A DNA stretch of 64,000 bases from Amoeboaphelidium protococcarum X5. Taxonomy: Eukaryota; Fungi; Aphelidiomycota. Position 1 is the stretch's first letter. Every line of letters starts with the position of its first letter. Positions 48,652 to 62,176 of this stretch are shown piece after piece. Location: NCBI GenBank assembly GCA_023515725.1, contig JALDTO010000146.1, positions 744,001 to 808,000 on the forward strand, in the 5' to 3' direction. The translations under genes and the position numbers were made by a program. A model generated the notes under the pieces. The model was not told the DNA's origin and ran no database searches. It saw nothing but the letters and a program-made list of their open reading frames with translations.

Positions 48652-48687
<36 letters not shown>

Positions 48688-48880
48688 GACCATAAAGATG
48701 ATGGCTATGAGGAAACTGACCACCATTATTCAAATGCTAATTATCATCATCCTGGTCATGAGGTAATTGGTACAATCTTTTACTCCTCACACCATCCTTA
48801 TTCAGCGATAGAATCTACGGTATTGAATACTACTTGGATTTACCAGAAGATTGATCACTATCCCCACCCGTCTTGTTCAT
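47036..48880 (-). CDS. Gln/Pro-rich disordered protein, candidate eIF4E-binding 4E-T/Eap1-like factor, ~614 aa
   Basis: Single TGA-free frame. N-terminal YSIPQIL (near YxxxxL-phi), DMEKFKAEMRK, SRFGGRFF, C-terminal VEDIE, and poly-Gln tracts. Confidence 0.6.
48653..48685 (-). repeat. (TAG)11 run encoding poly-Gln
   Basis: (CTA)11 on the + strand, in frame with the 47036-48880 CDS and preceded by a CAG codon. Confidence 0.9.
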
Positions 48881-49037
48881 CTTAATAGAGTAAACTCTCA
48901 AGCGTATCGTGTATTATAAGTGAACGGGGTTACTCTATCTACGTTCGTGAGAAGAATAAAATTCACCTGAGCAATTCACAGCACAAGAACACGCAGCGGC
49001 GATTAACAAGAAAGAAAGAAAAGGGGAGTTGAGCGAG

Positions 49038-49060
49038 TGAATGAATGAATGAATGAATGA
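49038..49060 (+). repeat. (TGAA)n microsatellite in the divergent promoter region
   Basis: tgaatgaatgaatgaatgaatga is directly visible. Confidence 0.85.
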
Positions 49061-49371
49061 GGAAAGCGCGCGTTTTTGGGTAGAGAATGACCATGATGAG
49101 AAACAAGGAGGAAAGAGAGAGACTCCCCGATGAAGACGAAGGCTTTACAGAACAAAGTCTGACAAGAGAGAGACATTTGCGAGAGAAAAGAAAAGGAATG
49201 AGAAAATCTTCTGAACATGTTTCTGTTTCAGTAACTTTTCGTAACGCGATTCCTTTCTCTTTCGTTATAGATGCCAGTTAAACTTGGCGTTCTATATCAA
49301 GTTTACACTCTTTTATAATACATTCAGAGTTGATTTAGTAGACTCCTGAATACTTGGAATTAACCAAATAT

Positions 49372-52300
49372 ATGCTCTCACGTCAGCCGGTGGAGGGTGT
49401 GACTGCCAAAGACAATATTCATGTTTTGGTGAGAATCAAGCCGCCTGTGGAGTCGAGTGATGATGATTCTGGTTTCTGCGCTGTGGCTAGAGATTAGAAT
49501 GCAGTCTTGCTGGTTTAGAATTAACAGTATGCTTTCGACAAAGTGATATAATCTCGGTGTTCAGATCAGTCTCAGCTGGAGGTATTCGATTTCATCGCAC
49601 GGCCACTTTTGGATAATTGTCTTGATGGCTATAATGCCACTATATTTGCATATGGCTAAACGTCTTCTGGTAAGACTTATACTATGCAGGGAAATGACGA
49701 TAATCCTGGTATTATTCCTCTGTCGCTGGATTATTTATTTAGACGTATTCAGTAGTAGGTGCAGTAGCTGGAATAAGGAGAGAGTATCACTTGGTAAGTT
49801 AGATGTTCTTTTGTTGAAATCTACAATGAACAAGTGTACGATCTATTGTCTGATGAACAATCTCAGTCACTCCAGATTAGATAAGATCTGAAGCGTGGTG
49901 TATATGTGGAAGGGGCAATAATTGAGTTGGTTCAGAGCGCTGCGAATGCTCTCCGCATATTTGACATTGGTGTATCGAGGCGCAAAATTGCTGCAACTTC
50001 GCTGAATCGGGAGTCTAGTAGATCTCATGTTATATTCACAGTTTATGTCCAGAGTAAGGTTCTGGTAAATGGCGTGTATGATGTTAAAGTTAGCAAATGT
50101 CATTTCACTGATCTTGCGGGCTCAGAGAGACAAGGTAAAGCTGACACGTCTGGTTAGAGATTGAAAGAGGCAGGTAATATTAATAAGTCTCTACTTGCCC
50201 TGGGTAATGTTATCAATGCATTGGCTGATAATTCTTCATCTTCTACTACTACTACTTACGCTACTTAGAATTTAAATGATAATTCATCAGATAGTGGATT
50301 GAATATTATGCGCAAGAGTAAATTTGTTCAATATCGCGATTCTAAACTCACATTTTTGCTTAAAGATTCGCTGGGTGGTAATGCTCTGTGTCGTATAGTC
50401 GCCTGTATAGTTGGCCATGATAAAGATTAGCATTTGGCAGAGACAATAAGTACTTTGAGGTTCGCTGATAGAGCAAAGATGATTAAAAGTTTTGCGTCTG
50501 TGAATCAGGAGTTTGTGGGAGATGTTACTTCACTGGTTGATGAGATTTCCAGGCTGAAGCACGAAGTTTTAATGTTGAAAAGTCATTAGCTGTAGCAGGC
50601 TGGTCATTCATCATCTTAATAGTTAACGGTTTAAGATAATTCTTTATCGGAGCGCGGTAATGAAAATGGTGATAGAAGAGATGACTAAATTGCTGAGTGG
50701 GCTCTGAATGACTAGAGATAGCTGAGACTTGAAAAAGAGCTTTTGCAGCAGTAGTTGTCTTAATAAGAGTCACTGATTGAGTCTTTGGACCGTAAATTGT
50801 AGAATGAAAAGATGATTGTAAAGTTGAAGGATTCTGTAATAGGAAAGTTGAAATCTGATTAATATTCGTCAGTTGAAATTGAATTAGTTAAAGAAATTGA
50901 GCATCTTAAGCAAGAGTTGTAGAGTAATCCTGCTGTAATACGCTTTGCCTCGGATAATCTTAGGCTGAGGCAGGAAGTTGAGAGATATGAGCAAGTAATG
51001 CCTGAAATCAACAGAGTTGAGCAGTTGCAGTTTGAGAGTAAAAAGATTCAGTATGCTCTATCTGACCGCCTGCTGGAATTGGAGCAAGAGAATAAGTTGA
51101 TGAAATAAGATGCAGAATCGAACCTAACTCAACAACATCCAGAGCTGTTGGAGAAGCTTTAAAGTCTGATATAAAAGTATCATCAAGTCTCTGAAGAGAA
51201 AGCCTTATTGTAGAAGGAGTATGATGGTCTGTTTGATCAACTTTCTTGGAGTAAAAGTGAGTATTCTTAATTGCAGAAGGACTCGTTGAAATCTGAATAA
51301 TAATCAAAAGAACGTGAAAATAAATTGTAAGAGGATAATGAATAGCTGCGTATCTAGGCCGAGAAATTAGTCCAATAGCTCAGCTCTCTTGAGACTAATT
51401 AGCTCTCTCGATAATCTGAGCATGAAAGGTAGTTGTCTGAGCTTAGAAGCTAAATAAGTTTATCATAGGATGAATTGAGGGCCAAAGATTAACAGATTCT
51501 GTAATTGAAGAATGAGTTGGAATCAGTGCGGAGAGTCATGGAGCAAGTTCAAGAGAAGGAGAGGTATTTAGATGCGGCAGTAGAGAAATTGCAAATAGAG
51601 CTAGAGTCGAAAGATTTTGAAATTGATAATCTGAAGCAAGATTTGGAGATTGCCGTGGATGGAAAGACTTTGGTTGAGAGTTAATTAACTGCTTAAGCTG
51701 AAGTCCTCCAGCGTAATTATGATGAATAGTTGTAATTATGCGTTACTCAATTTAAGACTTAGATTGACGAGCTTTAGTAATAAAACCAAGAGCTGCATCG
51801 ACAAATTGAACTGATTAATGCCAGTAGTAAAGATTCAGACTCTAAGTAGCTTCACAAGTTGTTGTCTGAATTGAGATTGAAGGAGGAGGCTCTGAGTTTG
51901 CAAGGCAGGGAGTTGGTGCAATCTGCCGCTGATTGTGCTTAGTTGCGTTCATAGATTGTTAGTTTGAATGATAGCGTCAGTGATCTCTAAAAGTAATAAT
52001 CGGAGCTGGGAGTGTCTTATTAGAACTAGTTGATGTTGTATAAAACGAAATTAGATGAGATGGAGTCGATGCTTTAGGAAACGATTAAGAAATATGACAA
52101 TTAAAACGCTTTATTGGCAGAATTTGGGTAACTGATTGATAAGGCCAATTAGTTGAAGGCAGTGCCTAATGGCGAGTAGAGTTTAAGTGATAAATTGAAA
52201 CAGTTGCTTGATCACAATGTAAAGCTGGAGGAGGAGAACGACAAACTGGTCAAGCATAACAATGTGAAGTAAAAGCTCTAGTATCATCTGCAGATAAAGT

Positions 52301-52389
52301 AGGAGAATAACGATTTGAAAGTTGAGAATATGAAGCTGGTATAGGAGAACGATAAACTCATAAAGAAACTAAAAGAGCAGAGTCTATGA
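49372..52389 (+). CDS. KIF15: Kinesin-12 / KIF15-like motor, ~1005 aa
   Basis: [10 protein letters not shown][TAA][38 protein letters not shown], long coiled coil, and C-terminal HMMR/KIF15 motif LVKHNNVK[TAA]KL[TAG]YHLQIK[TAG]ENNDLK. Confidence 0.9.
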
Positions 52390-52493
52390 CTTTTGATGAT
52401 CATCTAAACTGCAAATAAAGTGCGTATATCACGATAAAACTTATAATGTCAGAACGTGCAAAATATAAAGTTTCCTTTTCATGTTTAATAATC

Positions 52494-53433
52494 TCAAGCT
52501 GAATTCTTCCAGTAATTATAAAACTTGTCGCCATATTTGGCAGCATCCTCTCCCTTTCTGTCCAATTCGGTGATCTGCTGAGTCTTACCATCACGGCCAC
52601 GACGACCAGCAGCACTGGAGGCAGCCACTTTGAAATCTTCACGAAGCCAACTCTCAACCACGGTCAATAGAGGAGAATCGAAAGACTGGCGCGCATCCGA
52701 TTTCAAAAACTAAGTCTCATACTACTGCATAACATTCGCAAACTGGTACGTCTTGATTATAGTACCACTTCTTATATGTGCAATATGAGTTGGCCAATCT
52801 CCCAAACCATCAAAGATATGAGTAGCATAGATGACTGTAGCCTAATTGCAATCATTCTTGAGGTAATCCAACAGATTTCTACGTACAATAACGTCCAGAT
52901 CCACAGTGACTTCATCTTGCAACAGAACCTGGAAAGGTTTCAGCAATCCCATCAAGATCTAAACTCTGCGACGTTCACCATCAGAAATCTCGTTCATATG
53001 CCACTCAACATTAACATCCAGAATCTGTATCAACTTCTGCACACGGTCTCCGTAACGCTCACTGCCCATAGACTTGAGCAGAGATGAGACCACCACATCG
53101 CCATGCACAATCGGATTCTAAATAAACTCTGCACCCAAGTACTACACCTCATCCGGAGTGTCACTATATGCATCGCGCCCCATCACCTGAACCTTGGCAT
53201 GAACAAGTCTCTTACCAGCGAGAACTCTAAGCAGCGTTGACTTGCCAGCTCTACACAAATAAGATATGACCAACAACTTCTCGTTCAAAAGACTTTAGGT
53301 GAAAATCCTACCCATTGGCACCAACTAAAAGACATCGCGCACCGTATGGCAAGTGCAGATTAACATTGTCCAGCACTTTGGGACCGCCATAAGAATAGGA
53401 CAAGTTCTCCACTGTGATCGCTTCCTTCTCCAT
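52494..53433 (-). CDS. CAF16: Soluble ABC ATPase CCR4-associated factor 16; intron 53251-53311
   Basis: RCLLVGANG^[53 protein letters not shown]. Confidence 0.9.
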
Positions 53434-53720
53434 TGAGTTTAAAAGTAGTATTTCAGTATGAAGAGGTAATTACTGTGTGACGTAATGTGGAATGAAACTA
53501 GGAGGGAATTGGGGAATGATGATGATGATGATGAAGGACTGAGCGAGGCGAAAGCTTAAAACAGAATAGCGAATGGGCGTTATGCGTTTCAGCCACTCAG
53601 AGATACGTCATTCCATCAATCAATTGAAAGAAAAGAACCGATAACAAGGGTCAGTATACTTTGGTCAAAATCTATAAAAGAGGGAAGTTTAATTCATACG
53701 AAAGATATATTGCAATTAGT

Positions 53721-54734
<1,014 letters not shown>

Positions 54735-54906
54735 TTTCAAGTCTTGATATAATCTGTATTATCAAAGTATCAAATCGTGATAAAAATAGATAAATGTAGA
54801 TCAAAGTTTAAAAATCCAAATTTGAGTTTGACCATTTTTCACAGTTTAGATCATAATCTTGCCTAATAATTGCACTTTGGTAATAGTATCTAAAGATATT
54901 AATAAT

Positions 54907-57396
54907 ATGAGCGGATAACAGTTTAATGTGATTATTGATGATAAATGTGCAGATGATAGAGTTTATATATCCACACTGGACATGAACAGGCAAAAGTATG
55001 CCGTTCTATAACCTTTACTATTGAATGAGAAGTTGGTTCTCACAGCTTGGCCTGACGCGTCACTGGCCAGTAATACAGTCAAGATTGGCTAATTGAGCGC
55101 CGAGAATTTGGATATTATAGATAATGCTAGTAATAACTCCTTTATACATGTATTTAAGTGTGATAATTATGTATTTAATCGTGTCAAAAAGGTGATAATC
55201 GCGCCATTATAAAGTGTCAGGATAAAGAAGGACGTTCTGTTGCATTTGGTAAAGAATCACTTATTACAGGTGCAATACTGTACGCAAAAGTAGAATATTG
55301 CTATCAAGTACTTGAATGACAGTATAAAACTGAGTGTGAAATGTCAACTCGATTTAGAGTCAACTCACGTGCCATCACTCATATCTAAAGATTTATCCTC
55401 CTTGCAGTCTATCACTTCTGTTGGAGTAGTGTGCCAAGACACAATTTTTGCTGTAAAGTCTCGCAGTAATAATAGTGCTCGTGCATAATCTGGATCTTCC
55501 ATTGCGCCAATGATTGCAGGGATGAAAAGTTAATTGAAGTTGGTCCGTGATATAATTGAGCTTCCACTCACACGGCCTGATCTCTATGCCAAATACAATA
55601 TTAAGCCTGTTAAAGGAATTTTGCTGTATGGACAGGCAGGTACGGGGAAGACACTTATGGTTAGATCTTTGGCTAGAGAGTTGAACCTAAGACTGACTGT
55701 GATTAATGGCGCGGAGGTGGCGAGTCAGTACCATGGCGAGTCTGAGAAAAAGTTGAGGGATATTTGGCAATAGGCTCGTGATGATGCGTCTTCTTAAGAC
55801 TTGGTTGAAGACGGTCCGGACAGTGGTGATGAATGTGCTGATATCAGTACTCGTAGAGGCAGCATATTGTTTATAGATGAGATTGATGCTCTGTTTCCTA
55901 GGCGCGATACTTCTCAGAGTGAGACTGAGAAGCGGTTGGTGGCTACAATGTTGACTCTTATGGACGGTATGGAGCAAAGTTTCAGTTAAAGTGATGGCTC
56001 CAATACTAATACTAACTCGGTTAATTAAGGTCATATGATTGTTATTGGTGCTACAAATAGACCGAATGCTCTAGATCCTGCACTAAGGAGAACTGGCCGT
56101 TTTGATAAGGAGATTGAGATTGGAGTTCCTTCATCAGATGAACGATTGGATATATTTGATCTCTACCTATCCAAGATTCCTCACAACTTATCGCGGGAAT
56201 AGATTATTAGTATTGCTGATTCCAGTCATGGATATGTAGGTGCTGATATTGCTGGTCTCTGTCGTGAGGCTTCCCTTTTAGCGATGGAGCGCGTCATTGG
56301 TAGTTCAGGCGGTTCTAGTATATCTGAGTCTCCATTGAAGTTGGTGCCAGATGAATAGCGTGATAGATTAGTTGATAGTATCAAGAGTCTTCAACTAGAC
56401 AGCGCTTAGACTGATCATTTGGTGAACTATGAAGACTTTCTACATGCCAAGACACTGATTAAACCATCGGCAATGCGTGAGATATCTTTAGAGATTCCAA
56501 AAGTACATTGGAGCGATATTGGTGGCCTTGAAGATGTTAAGCGGAGACTGAAAGAATCTGTAGAATGGCCTATTCAGAATCCCCAAGTATTCAAGTAGCT
56601 CGGTATTGAACCACCCAAAGGAGTTCTCCTATATGGACCTTCAGGTTGTAGTAAAACTTTACTTGCAAAGGCTATAGCTACAGAGTCTGGTCTCAATTTC
56701 TATGCCATCAAAGGATCGGAACTGTTCAGCAAATGGGTCGGTGAGAGTGAAAAGGCTGTAAGAGAGGTGTTCAGAAAAGCTAAAGCATCCAGTCCGTCCA
56801 TTGTATTCTTTGATGAGATCGATGCTGTCGCTGTAAAGAGGAGTGGAGTTGGCAGTTCTCCATCAGGTACTAATAATGGAAGTTCCGTGGGCGATCGCGT
56901 ATTGATTCAACTTCTCAATGAGATGGATGGTGTAGAGATGTTGAGTAATGTTATTATAATTGCCGCCACTAACAGACCTGATATATTGGATCCTGCTCTT
57001 CTTCGCCCAGGTAGACTGGATCGTCTGTTGTATATTCCACCACCTGATAAGGAGGCTCGACTGGCTATACTTGGGATTCGTACTGCGAAAATGCCACTCG
57101 CTGACGATGTGGATTTGAACGTGTTAGCTGAGAGGACAGATGGTATGAGCGGAGCTGAGATTGTGGCTTTGTGTAGAGAAGCTGCTATGGATGCTTTATC
57201 ACTAGTTTATCATCATTCTCAATAATCAGGAAGTAATGCTTCTGATAAAGTTTAGACACGTTCAGATGATCGTGATATCACTGTTAAAGTCTCTATGACC
57301 AACTTTGATTAGGCATTTAGAGTTGTACGTCCAAGAATCTCTCAAACAATGTTGAGCCAGTATGAGAGATTCGCGCAATCCCTTAACAATAACTGA
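54907..57396 (+). CDS. AFG2: AAA ATPase Afg2/Drg1/SPATA5 (60S maturation), ~829 aa
   Basis: Two AAA domains: [13 protein letters not shown]...FIDEID and [13 protein letters not shown]...[24 protein letters not shown]. The GCSKT Walker A in the second domain is typical of the Afg2 family. Confidence 0.9.
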
Positions 57397-57484
57397 TCAA
57401 GCTATAGTTGGCATATTAATCAATTGAAAAATAAAAATCAACTAAATCAACAATAGACTTGGAATTATATTAAAAATTCCGATA

Positions 57485-59932
57485 TCACTTCTTTCTCTAC
57501 TAATCCTTTGCAGCTTTAATAAGGGGAATCAGATTCCGTAGAGGATCAGCCTTGGCCAAGTATCCATGACGGAGGAGTTCTGTCGCGGTGGGTCTTCGCT
57601 CGACATCAACCTCCAATGAGCGGTCGAGGAAGTTTTTGAATATCGGCGACAATGACTCAGGATTCTGGAGCTTCGGTGTACCATTGGTGGCAATGAGATA
57701 AAGCGCTCTCAGAGGATTCTCATTCAAGTACGGAGGCTCACCTTCTAACATCTCGATAGTCATGATACCCAGAGACCAGATATCAACTTTCGGCCCATAC
57801 TCTTTACGACTCACCACTTCGGGAGCCATCCAATACGGAGTACCAACCATTGTGGTACGCTTAGTCTGCGTCTCGCTGAGTTGGGCACAGAATCCAAAAT
57901 CTGTCAATTTTATGCCACCATTAAGACCAAGGAGGACATTGTCACTCTTGATATCTCTATGTATGACACTCTTCGAATGCAAATGCTCCAAGCCTTCAAG
58001 CACTTCTTTACAAACGGCAGCAATCTATCCTTCAGACATCATGCTACAAGTGACAACATCAGTCAATGCTCCACCCTCCATGTACTCCATAACGACCCAA
58101 AGATCAGTCTTGTACAGAAAGGAGTCGATGTAATTGACAATATTCTTGTGCCTACTATCTTTCATCACCAGAATCTCATTAATAATCAGCTCCTTCTTGG
58201 GTTATTATTCCAAATTCATCTACTTTATAGCCACACATAGACTGGTCGATATCTGATACGCTGTGAACACTCCACCACTCGCGCCTTGACCAATCTTGAC
58301 AAAGTTGCGATAAAGCTTAGTTGGATCATCAGGATTTACCACAGCTTTCAATCTCTCCACAAAATCATCAGATCCTCTATGCTTGGCCGTTCTTCTAGTA
58401 GATGGCACCTCCTTAGCTGCGGCATTGGTCGCTCCCGTAACAATTGTCTTGTTAGGATCATCATCCAGGTCGGTATTTAACTGGGTATTAGAACCATCTT
58501 TACGACTCTATGACTTGGCTGGAATTTGTGGAATCTTTTGCGGTTGCTATTATTATTACTACTACTGCTAGAGACTTCCTGCTAACGGTGAACCGACAAC
58601 TATAGTCTAATCACTACTCGGGGACTCGGTGACTTGTTACAGTTATCCAGACTTTCCTCCTTAAGCTGCAGTCTTATTCGAGACATCAGTAGAATGTACA
58701 GACATTGTATGCTGCGGTCGTGGAATAATAGAAGGCGGCCTCTCTTTCTTACCTTGAACCACCTAAGTATTAACTTGAGTATTAGCAGGTACTGGAGGAG
58801 ATGGTAGCTATGGCTATTACTATTACTATTACTACTATTAAGAGTACTGCTAATACTGCTATTTCTTCAAAGTACTACTCTACGAAGATGGCAATTACTA
58901 CGGCTATAGCTGCTGTTATTACTATTACTTTGCCAGAGCAGGCTACATGTACTTGTTGGACCAATTATTCTCATTCTTCACCCCCTGGGTATAGAACTCG
59001 AGCACATCTATGACAGCTTGGGGATTCTTCTACTGCTCCTGTTTGGTAATACCAGACCGTTCAAGCAGATTCTTCCAACTCTCCGGCAGCCCGGTAAACT
59101 CTCCAGTCTCAGCCACGAATCCGACATGAACTGTGTGCTTAAACTCAAACGGATTCGATATCTCCAACTTTTTAGTCTCTGGTGCCAGAAAGTCTTGCAC
59201 GGCATTGTGGATCTTGCTAAACACTGTGCCGAATCCCTTCTGCTCTTTAACACTACCACCACCAGAGCCACCGGAGGTAACACCGTCTTGCTGTCCAGAT
59301 GGGGAATATGATATTCCAGCATTTCTCTAAGCCTCTGCAAGTGATGTAGTGGGTATTGATAAAATGACTCCATCTTCACCACCAGCACCACCCACCCTCT
59401 AACCACTGCTACTATTATTATTGTTGACAGCTCTGTTATTACCACTCTTCTATTGCTGAGGAGGCGATCCTGGTTTTCGAGGCAATGGCACAGGTGGCGG
59501 TCTATGAAACTACTGTGGTTGCTACTGCTATTACTATTATTGCTGTTGTTGATTCAATAGAGGAGCAATCTGGGCACTTTGTTACAGCGGGGCAACATTC
59601 AGCGGCGCAATATCAGCTCTTGATGAAGTCTCACTAGACGGCGAATACTACTATCTCGCCGCAGATTATGACTATTACTGCTATTGATACTATTAAGAAG
59701 ATTAAGGCTAGGCAGGTCTAGGTAGAGTCGGAGCATTGTTTACACTACCACCATTATTATTACTATTAGTACTACCTTGACTCTGAATGTGCTTAGATCT
59801 AGGCTTAACTTGAGGAGGTTCTTTTCCACCATGAGATTATTGTTTTGACTGCTGCTATTGTTATTAAGATTACGACTTGATAAAGGAATTACTGTGATGT
59901 ATCCTAGGAGGAGGTATAGGAGGAGTAGACAT
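57485..59932 (-). CDS. STE20: Ste20/PAK kinase with CRIB domain and Gln-rich regions, ~815 aa
   Basis: [19 protein letters not shown]...[10 protein letters not shown], kinase [12 protein letters not shown][TAG]MNLE[TAA][TAA][36 protein letters not shown]. Confidence 0.94.
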
Positions 59933-60846
59933 TGTATGGGATGTATTATTTAAAGCCAAATGATCAAAAAGTCTCTCTATGTACAGATGGTACCCTTATG
60001 AAGCAGTAAATAAATTAACAGATGAACTATTTAAGCAGGAGCAGCAATTCTAAGAATATCAATTATCCAACAGAGTAAACTGCAAATTATTAATCTAACA
60101 GCAGAATAAAGAGAACCCTGTGATAGAAATCGAATTTTACTGAAAGACGAACGGACGGCTGCTTAGTTGTTTGAAAAGACTCGTTGCCTGCTTTGATTGT
60201 CTGGTCATCCGTCCATCGCTGCCTGTCGCTCGCAGGTCGTCTTGAGAAAACAGAAATATTGCGGCGCGCTTTTAAGCCAAGGGTGTTAGATGTATTGACG
60301 GTTTCTCAGGATATGAAGATTGAGTCGTTCGCCTGTGGCTGATCAAGGGGTCCGCCTTTGTTGACACGGTTCTTCTGATAGGTAGTTTTTAGGATTTGAA
60401 TAGTGAATTTGAGTAATTGAAAATAATATTACCTGGAAATAGTGTTTCCATGACTGACAAATATGTCCATTGGAACGGTGGTTCCCGTGTCTCTGCCAGT
60501 ACTAATTGTAAAAGCAGCCCACGTAACAAAGGGGCTACAAGTGAACGTTTGCTCTAGTAATCAACGCTCTTTGCGATGGTGAATTGAAACAATTCTTCTT
60601 GATAAACGTATATTTGAGGACATATCAATCGGATATGAAAACTGTCAACTTTTACTTGATCTTGTAAGGCTTTTCTGGGGTTTTTGAGAGGTAAATCTAT
60701 GAATCGCCTAATGATCATCATAACAAACTGGGCGACAGTGCTTTGTCAGGAGCAAGATAGGGACACTGAGGCGTGAGTACTGACCCGTATCTTTGACAAA
60801 CAACGGCAAAAGTAATTTAGATATTGCGAAAATATAATAAATATCA

Positions 60847-62073
60847 ATGATGACTTTAGTGATAAATTTCGCGTTAATGATGATGCTCATCACATGGTCT
60901 ATGGTTAAAGTTTAATCTGCTGGCACTGAAGAATCTACAACTCCAATGGTCTGTAATGCAAATGATGATCCTTAATGCGCTGCGTCAAATAAGTTTAATC
61001 AATTTCCCGAGTTTTCTGAGCTTTAACAAATGCAAATACTAGAATATTCAGGTAATAATCAAGCTTTTGCTGTGAGCAGATCTGCCTGGAAATACTTACG
61101 CGCCAAGTCTGACTAGGAATTGATGGTGAAAGCGCGTAAAGCTGATCGGTTACATTTACTTATGAAGCAGTGGTTACTCCAAGGTAAAGAAGATCTCGCT
61201 CATTAGTTGTAAAGATAATATATAACAGAGTAATCTGACTCTAGATTTGCGGAAATAGTCTGTGGTTATGCTGACAAGATAAACTATTTAGACGATTGGG
61301 CTCATGCTGTGACGATTTAAGATAACAATCAGGAGTAGACCATACCAGATAATTTACTGCAGTCGTGTATCAAGTCCGCTTTGCTGCAATAAAATAAACC
61401 GAATTTTGATTGGGCCTTCTCAATGTAACCCTCGAGTTCTATTCAAGCTAGTGCTATTGCTGATAGTTTGCATGCGGGCGGATCTTCTGCTTTTGAATAT
61501 GCCATTGGTACATGGGAGTTTGATGTTGATGTTTGGCATTTAGTGCCGGGGAAATTATGTGCACACGGAGCTATTGAGGTTCTGCAAACGCTTCTTGATT
61601 GTGCAATCTTTCAGTCGGATAATGGCATGTTACCTGACCAAGTGGTAAAAGATATTTGGGAGAAATCGTTTTCAAGGTTTGACCCGAAGCTTTGGAGGTA
61701 TGTGATGAGCCGTCGTGATTTACTGGTGCTGCATCTTGCCTTCTTAAGTATTAAAGAAATAATGCTTTCGTCTACGTATAGTCTTATTTAAAGAGGGCAG
61801 AATAATGGCTATCTACCGGCCGCGTTCAGGTAACGAATGATCACTATGGCTATCTAGAATCAATATCCAGAGTCTATTGCATATCTTGCAAACTGCCCAA
61901 TTAAATGGTATGATGAATTAATGGCGTTTTTGCAGACAGAGATTAAATTTCGACAACAATTTAGAATTAAAGATTTGGCTGAACGCCGCATTTTGGCTGG
62001 ACTGATTGAAATTGAGCCTGTTCAGCCCGAATGGGAGCAGTTTTGTCAAGATTATAGACCAGTGCCTCACTGA
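60847..62073 (+). CDS. Putative secreted helical-repeat protein with F-box-like N-terminal motif, ~408 aa
   Basis: Signal-like MMTLVINFALMMMLITWSMVKVQSA. TGA-free frame including track ORF 61468. Confidence 0.65.
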
Positions 62074-62176
62074 TAGTAACGTAGATAGTTTCGATTAGTC
62101 GGAAATATATAAAAGATTTAAAGTAAACAGTCATAATCGTTCATATTTATTTTGTAGATTGACAACCAATGATACA

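Noticed and set aside
49003-49281. Short ORFs in the KIF15 upstream region
   Set aside because: They derive from purine-rich, microsatellite-containing promoter sequence between divergent genes and have no protein-like features.
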